Of a stretch of 64,000 bases of DNA, positions 1 to 7,809 are shown piece after piece. Location of the stretch: the IMG/VR virus record IMGVR_UViG_3300020037_010720; one strand, written 5' to 3'. Numbering within the stretch: position 1 is the stretch's first letter; the number at the start of each line of letters is the position of its first letter. Both the position numbers and the translations under genes were made by a program. The DNA comes from an uncultured virus (IMG/VR IMGVR_UViG_3300020037_010720). Its lineage: Duplodnaviria > Heunggongvirae > Uroviricota > Caudoviricetes. The notes beneath the pieces were generated by a model. It was not told the DNA's origin and made no database searches. It saw nothing but the letters and a program-made list of their open reading frames with translations.

Positions 1-45
1 GTGCCCAGGTGAAGCAAGGCCAGGCCGGCGGCGTCCGAGTGCGCC

Positions 46-1167
46 ATGACCGACACGTCCCTCTCTGACCGGCTGCGCGCTCGCGCCGACTACCTCGGCA
101 CCATCATGTCGGGCGACCCGCCCGTCCAGCTCGACGCCGAGAGCCCGCTCCTGCTCCGGGCGGCCGCCAACACCATCGACTACCTGGCCCCCTTCCAGGC
201 CGCGCTGCGCCTGCTGGGCTTCGGCGACGAGTACTGCACGAGCACCGACCCAATCGACTACGCCAAGCGCTGGCTGGCCGAGCGGCTCCGCGAGGACACG
301 GCTCGCGCTGAGGCCGAGCGACGACTCGAGGAGACCATGACCGAGCTCAACCGGGTCTGCGGGCTGTCGGTCAAGGACATCGCCGCGGCCTTCCGCGAGG
401 AGCTCGACCGGCGCGGCCTGGGCGAGTCGCCGCGGCCGAGCGCGAGCATCAAGGTCTCGCCGAAGAGCGACCCGGCCACGCTCGCGGCCCTTGGCCTCTC
501 GCCGCCCAACCCGCCGCCCAACCTCTTCCAGGAGGCCGCGGAGAAGCTCGGCCGCGAGTTGCGGCGCGAGAGCGCCATGCTCGCTGGCCTCGGACCCGGC
601 CAGCGGCTGGCGGTCGGCGAGGTCGTGTTTCCCGGTGATGGTGTTAGCGAAGTCGCCATGCGCGTGCTCGACCCAGGCGAGGCACCACCGCTCGGCCAGC
701 GCTGGACCATCTACGGGCCGATGACGCCCGAGCTCGCCGCGAAGGTCGCGGACCCTGCTCCCGCTGCGCCCCAAGGACGCGAGCTGGTCGACATCACGAT
801 CACGGGTCGCTCGCCGGGAGAGGAAGACCGCACCGTCGTGGTCCAGGGCTGGCGCTCCGGTGACCACTACACCATCAAGGCCAAGGACCTGCCGCCCTGG
901 GTCGCAGCGTGGAACCTGGGCGTAGAGGTCACGGTCAACAGGCATCGCGTCGTCGGCTACCGCTACGACAAAACCAGCAGGCTCACCGCCCTCACCACCG
1001 AGGACAGGGCGAAGGTCCTCGGCGTCGTGTGGCCGCCCACCGACAAGCCGGTCGAGCCGGGACCTTGGGACTGCCCGAAGTGTGGGCAGCGCAACGGCCC
1101 CGCCACCGACGACTGCAAGGGCTTCACGTGCACCGGCTGCGGGCACATGTACAGCGTGGGGACCTGA
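46..1167 (+). CDS. hypothetical protein with C-terminal zinc ribbon
   Basis: 373 aa ORF with high GC3; C-terminal WDCPKCG...CTGCG. Confidence 0.75.
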   Translation: MTDTSLSDRLRARADYLGTIMSGDPPVQLDAESPLLLRAAANTIDYLAPFQAALRLLGFGDEYCTSTDPIDYAKRWLAERLREDTARAEAERRLEETMTELNRVCGLSVKDIAAAFREELDRRGLGESPRPSASIKVSPKSDPATLAALGLSPPNPPPNLFQEAAEKLGRELRRESAMLAGLGPGQRLAVGEVVFPGDGVSEVAMRVLDPGEAPPLGQRWTIYGPMTPELAAKVADPAPAAPQGRELVDITITGRSPGEEDRTVVVQGWRSGDHYTIKAKDLPPWVAAWNLGVEVTVNRHRVVGYRYDKTSRLTALTTEDRAKVLGVVWPPTDKPVEPGPWDCPKCGQRNGPATDDCKGFTCTGCGHMYSVGT

Positions 1168-1169
1168 CA

Positions 1170-1466
1170 ATGCGCCGCTTCCTCTCCGTCTCCAGCTACC
1201 TGTCCCTCGGGACATGCTCCCCACCGCGGTCGCCTGCCCCGCTGCAGCAGGCTGAAGTGACCATGCGCCCGCGCGACCTCGGTAGCGTCGACCTCATCCC
1301 CGCGCAGCGTGTTGGCCTTGAGGACTTGCGCCGCGCCTGCCGCGAGATGCACGCGAACAACATCCACGCGCCGTACACCGCCTCCGTCCCGCGTGAGGAT
1401 GGAGAGGTTGAGCTCGAGCACATCGGCTCGACCTACTCGATCATCATCCACTGGAAGGAGACCTGA
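1170..1466 (+). CDS. hypothetical protein (alternative start 1263)
   Basis: ATG 2 nt after the upstream stop; GC3-biased; next gene follows with an AAGGAG RBS. Confidence 0.6.
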   Translation: MRRFLSVSSYLSLGTCSPPRSPAPLQQAEVTMRPRDLGSVDLIPAQRVGLEDLRRACREMHANNIHAPYTASVPREDGEVELEHIGSTYSIIIHWKET

Positions 1467-1468
1467 CC

Positions 1469-1726
1469 ATGTCCGACCCCACTCGCATGCTCCGCGGCCC
1501 CGCTGCCGTCATCTCGCCAACCCCTACCGAGCCGGCGAAGCTCAACAAAAAGCGCCGGCTCAAGGCCAAAATCCGCGCCCGGATGGAGCGCACCGACGAG
1601 AGCTACATGGTGGCCATGCACGCCCTGCAGAACGGCAAGCCCGAGCCCCTGCGCATGACGGACGCCGAGGTCGTGGCCGAGTACGGCCCACACCTCGGCG
1701 CCACCCTGACCGACGAGGAGACCTGA
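1469..1726 (+). CDS. hypothetical basic protein
   Basis: AAGGAG RBS; 85 aa; GC3 bias. Confidence 0.7.
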   Translation: MSDPTRMLRGPAAVISPTPTEPAKLNKKRRLKAKIRARMERTDESYMVAMHALQNGKPEPLRMTDAEVVAEYGPHLGATLTDEET

Positions 1727-1729
1727 CCC

Positions 1730-2332
1730 TTGCCCGCAGCTCTCCCGCCCCCTGCGTTCCTGGCCCGCCTCACCGCGACCCGCCGTGCCGAGCGCGATGC
1801 CCGGCACGCCCGCGCTGACAAGCTCGGCTACATGGGCCTCGCCCGTGAGCTGGCCACGAAGTGCGGCGAGACCCTCAACAACCTCGCCGCGTTGCAGCCT
1901 CGGGCCCGAACGCTGTACCAGACCCGGCCCGAGTACCGCGACGACCTGCGGGCCCGCTGGCGCCGGCACTACCGCGAGGCCTTCGCGCGCTGGCTCGGGC
2001 CCGCGAAGGCCCTGGCGCTGGAGGCCGCGCTCGTCCGCGGCGAGCGCGTGGCCATCGTCAGCGCCAGCCCGGCGCCCAAGAGCGTCGGTGCGTTGATGGA
2101 CCAGGCCCAACTCGACGACCTCGGTCCGAGCCTCGCCGAGCGGCCCCGGAGGCGCGTCGTGGTCCACGACGACATCCTCCGATCCGAGGACAACACGCCC
2201 GAGTACCGCGCCAAGGTCGCGGCCTGGTTCGAAGTGGCGAGATCGCGGGAATTTGCCCGTAGAAGTCGAACCACAGCCCAAGATCCGGGCCCGGATCCGA
2301 CTCCTGGATCCGGGCCTAAAACGCCGTCCTGA
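1730..2332 (+). CDS. hypothetical protein
   Basis: GAGGAG RBS before a TTG start; 200 aa. Confidence 0.65.
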   Translation: MPAALPPPAFLARLTATRRAERDARHARADKLGYMGLARELATKCGETLNNLAALQPRARTLYQTRPEYRDDLRARWRRHYREAFARWLGPAKALALEAALVRGERVAIVSASPAPKSVGALMDQAQLDDLGPSLAERPRRRVVVHDDILRSEDNTPEYRAKVAAWFEVARSREFARRSRTTAQDPGPDPTPGSGPKTPS

Positions 2333-3200
2333 CCGAGATCGGTCCGGCCACGGCTCCAAGCCTGGCGCGATCACGCGCAAAACGCGGTCCGCTTCGAGTT
2401 TCTCGGGCCTATTCCCGCGATCCCGCAGTCGCGCCAGGCACGTGGTCCAGGTAGTCCTCGGCCTGGATCGGCGCGCTGTCTGGGGGCGGACCAGCGCGCG
2501 CGGCCTTGAGCTCGGCCGCGTGCTCCAGCGCCACGGCTCGCCCTGGTGCCAGGATCGCCACGAGCTGGACCGCCTCCTCGTCCGGCACCTGCAGCCCGAG
2601 CTGGTGCCAGACCTCGATCTGCGCCTGCGTCGTCTCCGGCATCGACAGCCACGGCGTGCGCGCGTTCGCCATCTCCTCGGCCAGGATCCCGAACATCCGG
2701 GGCCGCGCCTCGGGCGGGATGTCGGCGAGCTCCATCTTGAGCCAGTCCTCGAGCCGCAGGCCCTTCGCGCCCGCCGCGATGCCCTTGTCGAGATCGTACT
2801 GGCGCCGGCGCTCCAGGACCTCTGCAGCTCGGATCCGGTCCCGGTTGTCCGACCGGTCCGACGCGCAGATCCGGCGCGTCACGCTCATGTGGTCGAAGTC
2901 GACCCCCGGATCCTCGGGCAACGCTGGCAGCTGGACCGGCGCCGGCGGCTCGGGCGGCTCTTCGCCTGCCTCCTGCGCGTCCAGGGCCCGATCCTTGCCG
3001 AGCTTCGTCGCCATCTCGCCCTTGCGGTACTGCTGGATCAGCCGCTCGACGTGGCGCGGCTTCACGCCGAGGATCGCCGCCAGCTCTGGCGCCGAGTGCA
3101 CGCCGCGCACCTCCCACAGCTCGATGAACTGCGCTCTGCGGGTTGCTGCCTCGCGCTCTCGTGCGGATCTCACCGAGGATCCGACCCTACCGGATCCGGT
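2241..3200. repeat. GATC island 1 (21 GATC) with palindromes
   Basis: Hand count of 21 GATC in about 960 bp versus 3 in bases 1-2240; palindrome GATCCGGGCCCGGATC at 2282-2297; inverted repeat GATCGCGGGAAT/ATTCCCGCGATC at 2241 and 2411; ACCGGATCCGGT at 3189-3200. Confidence 0.85.
2409..3173 (-). CDS. N-terminal HTH protein, possible terminase small subunit
   Basis: HTH-like SAPELAAILGVKPRHVERLI; upstream GGTAGGGTC motif shared with tail genes; TerS role is an inference. Confidence 0.55.
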   Translation of the reverse strand: MRSAREREAATRRAQFIELWEVRGVHSAPELAAILGVKPRHVERLIQQYRKGEMATKLGKDRALDAQEAGEEPPEPPAPVQLPALPEDPGVDFDHMSVTRRICASDRSDNRDRIRAAEVLERRRQYDLDKGIAAGAKGLRLEDWLKMELADIPPEARPRMFGILAEEMANARTPWLSMPETTQAQIEVWHQLGLQVPDEEAVQLVAILAPGRAVALEHAAELKAARAGPPPDSAPIQAEDYLDHVPGATAGSRE

Positions 3201-3292
3201 TGGGGGGCGCGAGCCGCGGGCCGACGTCGGACGCGCTGAGCTTTATCGCGCACGCCCGACGCCCACCCGTTTGGACGGTCAGTCGCACGGCC

Positions 3293-4714
3293 TCAGTCCC
3301 CGTTCCACTTGGCCGCCGCGGGTGGGGCCGGCTCATCGAGAGAGCGCGCGGCCGGGAGCTCGACCTCGCTCGGCCCGGGAACGCTGGTGTCGAGCGTGCG
3401 GGCGACCTCGGCGACGTCGTCGGCCAGTTCCTCGGCAAAGTCGGGTTCGGCGACCAACTCGAGCTGGACCGCGGGCGCCGGGGGGCCGATCGGGTGGAAG
3501 TGCGCGACGATGGTGTGGACCCCGATGCGGACAACGGAGCCTGGCCAGATCGGCGCCATGGACAGCACGGCGGCGCCGTCGACCTCAAGCGCCCAGCGGA
3601 TGTCGATGCGGTTGATGACGATGCCCCCATCGCTGGGGCGCCGGGCGAGTTCGGCGACGGCGATCGGAGTGTTCCACGAGGGCTCCGCGAGCCACGCCGC
3701 GTCACGCTCCGCGAACCACACCCCTTCCGCGCCTGCAATGACCAGCAGGCTGCGCCCGTGGAACAGGTCAGCCGCGGTGGCCTTCGGCGGTCCCGCGTCA
3801 CTGGCCCCGACGAGCGTGACGCGGTGCGAGTCGCGGTGGTGGGTCGTCGGTTTGGGCACCCAGTTGCGGGACCCGTAGCTCTCGCGGGCGCGCGCGACCC
3901 GGCGGTGGAGCTCGCCGATCGCGGCGACGAACGAGTCGCCCGTCACGCCCTCGACACAGCCGGGCCCGCTGCCGATGTACTGCATCTCGTCGCTGCGCCG
4001 CATCGGAACCAGGATGCAGGCCGGCGAGAAGTCGACCCAGCGGTAGAGGCGGGCCAGCGGCCAGCGCGGCCACGTGATGCGGCGCTCCATGAGCCGAGCC
4101 CTCATCGGGAACGTGCCCTCGGGCATGGCGATCGTCACGTCGCGCTCGTCGATCGCCACGTCCGGGGCGTGCTTGGGCTTGCCCCACAGCGCCTCGGTCA
4201 GGCTGACCGACCACTCGCGGCTCTCGCCGGGCCGGTGCTCGTTGTCGTCGTTCCAGAGGTTCGCGCGGGCTCGCAGCTCGCGGCCCTCGACGGTCTCCGG
4301 GTCGTAGTAGTCGAGCGACATGCTGGTGCGCCGGCGCTGCCCTGAGCCGACGAGGCCGGTGACGATGGCTCGGAGCAGACCGAAGCGCTCCGCCGAGGTG
4401 TAGGAGCCGCGGAGCCCAAGGTACAGGGTCGCGGGCCCGAGGCTCACGTTGGCCTTGACCGGGTCCTCGGCGCCGTCCTCGAGCGTGACGCTCGCGCCGA
4501 ACGACAGGCCCAGGTTGCGCGCCATCGTGGCGCGAAGCTGCCGGCTCGCGCTCTGGTCGGACAGCGTGACCGTCACGGCCTGGTCGTCGTGGTTGAGGCG
4601 AACGCCGATGTCGCCGACGGGCGACGCGATGTCGATGTAGTCCGAGCCAGGGCTGTGAGAGCGAGATGCCTTGATCATGCCCGGCGAGACGGGCCCCACC
4701 GTGCGCACATTCAT
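3293..4714 (-). CDS. hypothetical protein, C-terminal region weakly FHA-like
   Basis: 473 aa ORF; LEVDG...PIWPGSVVRIG resembles the end of an FHA domain. Confidence 0.6.
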   Translation of the reverse strand: MNVRTVGPVSPGMIKASRSHSPGSDYIDIASPVGDIGVRLNHDDQAVTVTLSDQSASRQLRATMARNLGLSFGASVTLEDGAEDPVKANVSLGPATLYLGLRGSYTSAERFGLLRAIVTGLVGSGQRRRTSMSLDYYDPETVEGRELRARANLWNDDNEHRPGESREWSVSLTEALWGKPKHAPDVAIDERDVTIAMPEGTFPMRARLMERRITWPRWPLARLYRWVDFSPACILVPMRRSDEMQYIGSGPGCVEGVTGDSFVAAIGELHRRVARARESYGSRNWVPKPTTHHRDSHRVTLVGASDAGPPKATAADLFHGRSLLVIAGAEGVWFAERDAAWLAEPSWNTPIAVAELARRPSDGGIVINRIDIRWALEVDGAAVLSMAPIWPGSVVRIGVHTIVAHFHPIGPPAPAVQLELVAEPDFAEELADDVAEVARTLDTSVPGPSEVELPAARSLDEPAPPAAAKWNGD

Positions 4715-4980
4715 GGCCTATCGTATGCCTTCGCCACCTCGACAGCGAGCGCTTCGCCACGGGCTGTGAGTGACACGTGCGGGCCGACTTTTACGATGTC
4801 GATGCGCACGAAGAAGTCGACGGCACGCTGTGCATCCTCCCTCGAACCCCCGCAGATCAGGACAAGGTGACTGCGCGGCACAGGCCAGCCAGTGGCCTGC
4901 AGGACCCACAGCATGGTCTCCTCTACCTGTCTCAGGGCAATGATGGGCGCGACGAAGATCACCGCAGCCTCCCGATGCAC
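4711..4980 (-). CDS. hypothetical protein (wHTH-like)
   Basis: 89 aa; ATGA overlap with the next gene; ends with SLTARGEALA. Confidence 0.55.
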   Translation of the reverse strand: MHREAAVIFVAPIIALRQVEETMLWVLQATGWPVPRSHLVLICGGSREDAQRAVDFFVRIDIVKVGPHVSLTARGEALAVEVAKAYDRP

Positions 4981-5321
4981 TTGGTGCCCGGCGGCACGGG
5001 TCGCACCTGCCTGGCCTCGATCAGGTACTGCGCGTAGAGCATGCCCGCCGACGTGACCTCCTTCGGGTCCCAGTAGTTCTCGCCGTCGCCGAGGACCAGC
5101 ACGACGCCCTTGAACCGGACGCTCAGGCCGCCATTTTTGAGGGCTCGCGTCTCGGAGAGCTCGCGCAGCGACCCGCCCTCATCGAGGATGCGCTCGACGA
5201 GCTGGTAGCGCGGGATGTTGTCGTCGCCGAGGGGCACGATCTCGCGGAGTCGGCGCTGCGCCGGCGTGGCCCGCTGCTTGGACAGCGAGGCAAGGAAGGC
5301 GTCGAGACGGTCGGTCTTCAC
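4959..5321 (-). CDS. hypothetical protein
   Basis: GTGA overlap with the upstream stop; GC3 bias. Confidence 0.6.
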   Translation of the reverse strand: MKTDRLDAFLASLSKQRATPAQRRLREIVPLGDDNIPRYQLVERILDEGGSLRELSETRALKNGGLSVRFKGVVLVLGDGENYWDPKEVTSAGMLYAQYLIEARQVRPVPPGTKCIGRLR

Positions 5322-6442
5322 GACTGCACCTGTCCCTTCGGACCTGTCGGTAAGACCACGTCGATGCGGTTCGTCGGCGCCCACCCCATGGCGCGCTTCG
5401 GCCACAGCGTCGAGCACCAGCGCGCCCAGCGGTCGAGCGGGATCCATCGGTTCGGGGTCGCGTCGTAGATCATGACCCGCGCTTCCGCTGGGCTTCCGTC
5501 GCGGGCGTCAACCGCATCGAGATGGCTGGCCGGCTTGTCGACCCGGACGCCGAGCCAATGCGTGAAACGATAGGCCACTCGCGGGTCGAGGTCGCACCAC
5601 GGCCCGAGCCACTGGATGCGCACGAGCCCCAGCACCGGCCACGGGTCGTGCGCCGCGTTGCGCAGGTGGGTCCACCGCGCGGCCAAGCCTCGTATCCGGG
5701 CCAGATCGAGCGCGTCGACCATGTTCGTCGGCGACATGAAGCCCCGAAACGGGTGCACCAACTCGCGCGCCGCCTCCACCGTCGGCAGCCCGAGAACCGC
5801 GGCGAGCGACATGGGCCCGCAGTTCGCGCCCCATGCGTCGCCGGCCTCGATCGTGTCGGGCAGGACCGCGGGCACCTGGGCCATGTGGCAGTACATGACC
5901 AGCTCGGAGGTCAGGATGTCCTCGCGGGTGGGACGGCTGGCCTCGGCCGGATCTGCGGCGTCGGGGAAGAGAGGGCGTTGGGCTGGCGGCTTCACGGGGC
6001 GCACGCGTTCGTCCGGGCACTCGAGCGTGCCGAAGCGCTCGGACCAGACCGCGTGCATGGCGTCGCCATGGAGACTGGAGAGGTACTCGGCCTCGGACCA
6101 GACATCCGCATGCGCGAGCCGCACTTCCACGGTCGCGCCGACCTCATACTTGAGCACCGGGGCGGGTCGCGTGGCCGCGAGCTCCGCCTCGCGGGCCTGC
6201 CCAAGCCGGGCTCGCTCGACCGACAGCGCCGTGGTCGCCGCGTCACTGCTCGCCAGCGCGAGCAGCTCGGCCTCAAGGTTCTCCCGCGCTGCGGCCAGAT
6301 TCGGACCGCTCGCGCTGAGCAGACCGAGGCGTAGCGTCGTCGACCACTTGTGCCGGTACGAGTCGGACTCGTCGCGCTCGCCGACGACCTCGATGCGCAG
6401 GGTCGCGGAGACCTTGCGCCTTGGCGGGGACGTGCGGGTCAC
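5318..6442 (-). CDS. protein with C-terminal papain-fold (C39-like) peptidase domain
   Basis: NCGPMSLAAVL...THWLGV...IYDA gives Cys-His-Asp order. Confidence 0.6.
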   Translation of the reverse strand: MTRTSPPRRKVSATLRIEVVGERDESDSYRHKWSTTLRLGLLSASGPNLAAARENLEAELLALASSDAATTALSVERARLGQAREAELAATRPAPVLKYEVGATVEVRLAHADVWSEAEYLSSLHGDAMHAVWSERFGTLECPDERVRPVKPPAQRPLFPDAADPAEASRPTREDILTSELVMYCHMAQVPAVLPDTIEAGDAWGANCGPMSLAAVLGLPTVEAARELVHPFRGFMSPTNMVDALDLARIRGLAARWTHLRNAAHDPWPVLGLVRIQWLGPWCDLDPRVAYRFTHWLGVRVDKPASHLDAVDARDGSPAEARVMIYDATPNRWIPLDRWARWCSTLWPKRAMGWAPTNRIDVVLPTGPKGQVQS

Positions 6443-6615
6443 GTCTGCGCCGCCTTGGCGGCGATCACCGCCTGCGCCTTGGCGTGGTCGAAGCGCTCGA
6501 CCGCCTCCTTTGCGGCGTCATCGGCAGCCTCGTGAGCAGCCCAAGCTCCGTCGATGACGACGATATGCGCGAAGACCTGCGCCCAAACGTCCTGGTACAG
6601 CTTCTCGATGTCCAT
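6439..6615 (-). CDS. hypothetical protein (58 aa)
   Basis: MDIEKLYQ...; stop overlaps the next GTG. Confidence 0.6.
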   Translation of the reverse strand: MDIEKLYQDVWAQVFAHIVVIDGAWAAHEAADDAAKEAVERFDHAKAQAVIAAKAAQT

Positions 6616-6652
6616 GGCGGTCAGACGCCGCCATGGCGCGCGGTGTTCACGG

Positions 6653-6961
6653 TCAGAACGGCACCCCGTCCTCGGCCATGAGCTGGCGGCTGGCACGGCG
6701 GCGCTGCCCAGCGAGCACCGCGTCGGCGCGCCGGACCTTGGGGTGGCGCCTGCCGCCCTCGAAGCGCCTCCAGTCCCGGAGCCGTACGCCCGCGGCGAGC
6801 ACCCCGGCGACGATCTGGTCGTCGCTGGCGACCGCGAGGCAGCCGGGCCAGCCGAGGTCGGCGGCGAGCTGGCGGACGACCTGCTTGCGCCGGCGCCACC
6901 GGCCGCGCGGATGGACGTGGCGCCTGGCCTCAACACCCTGGAGTTTGGTGGCGCTGCTCAT
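6653..6961 (-). CDS. hypothetical Arg-rich protein
   Basis: ATGA coupling with the upstream gene. Confidence 0.5.
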   Translation of the reverse strand: MSSATKLQGVEARRHVHPRGRWRRRKQVVRQLAADLGWPGCLAVASDDQIVAGVLAAGVRLRDWRRFEGGRRHPKVRRADAVLAGQRRRASRQLMAEDGVPF

Positions 6962-7509
6962 ACGATGGCGGCCTCCATGTGCATCTCGAAGGTGGCGCCG
7001 TTGTTCTTGATGTCGAAGGGCCAAGAGACCTGGAACCGCAACGGGAACGCGCGTCGTACCGCGGCCTTGCGGGCCAGCTCGCGGGTCCTGTAGCGCCGGG
7101 TCGGGCCGCCGCCCTTCACCAGCCAGGCGCCGGTGTGCGTGCGCGAGAGCGTCGCCATGGCGATGCCCGTGACGACATCGAAGGCCGGCTGGTCGACCTT
7201 CGCCGTGGCGACCACGCGCTCGATGAACTCGCGGAAGCCGGTCCCTTCGACCTGGCCCGTGAGCTCTATCCTGCAGCCCTTAAAGACGCTGTCGAAGTTC
7301 ACCTTGTTGTCTTCGAGATCCCAGCTCTCCACAACCTCAGTCTGCACGTCGACGTCGATGGACCCCGGCTTGAAGCCAGATGGCTGCCCGTCGATGAACA
7401 CCTCGATGCTCACCTCGCGGCCCTTGAGGCGCGGGAGCGAGAGGACCTCGTCGGCTCGCGCCTGCTGGGCCGCGGCGATCCCCGCCTGCAGTTCGGTCCG
7501 GTCGGTCAT
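6958..7509 (-). CDS. hypothetical protein, possibly tail-tube-like
   Basis: 183 aa; RLKGREVSIEVFIDG...DSVFKGCRIELT beta-rich pattern. Confidence 0.6.
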   Translation of the reverse strand: MTDRTELQAGIAAAQQARADEVLSLPRLKGREVSIEVFIDGQPSGFKPGSIDVDVQTEVVESWDLEDNKVNFDSVFKGCRIELTGQVEGTGFREFIERVVATAKVDQPAFDVVTGIAMATLSRTHTGAWLVKGGGPTRRYRTRELARKAAVRRAFPLRFQVSWPFDIKNNGATFEMHMEAAIV

Positions 7510-7775
7510 GCTCGCTCCCGCATCCAGCGGTAGACCCAGTGCTGCCGCACTCCCTCGCGCCCGACGACCTGCAGGTACCCGAGCTCGACGAGGCGGTCGA
7601 TCACCGCGAGCTTGTGCCAGGAGTCGGACACGTAGGCCGCGTCGTCGAGCTGCTTGTGCGTGACGATGCCGTTGACGCGGCTCTGCTCGCAGGCGGTGAC
7701 GAGAATGACACAGAGGGCTTCCTGGCCCTCCGGCGTGAAGGTGAAGTGCCTCTGCTCGCTGTAGATGTACGGCAT
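7506..7775 (-). CDS. hypothetical protein (wHTH-like)
   Basis: 89 aa; IDRLVELGYL; ATGA coupling. Confidence 0.65.
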   Translation of the reverse strand: MPYIYSEQRHFTFTPEGQEALCVILVTACEQSRVNGIVTHKQLDDAAYVSDSWHKLAVIDRLVELGYLQVVGREGVRQHWVYRWMRERA

Positions 7776-7809
7776 GCCCGCGAGCAGACGCCGCGGGCGC
7801 GCCGCGGAT

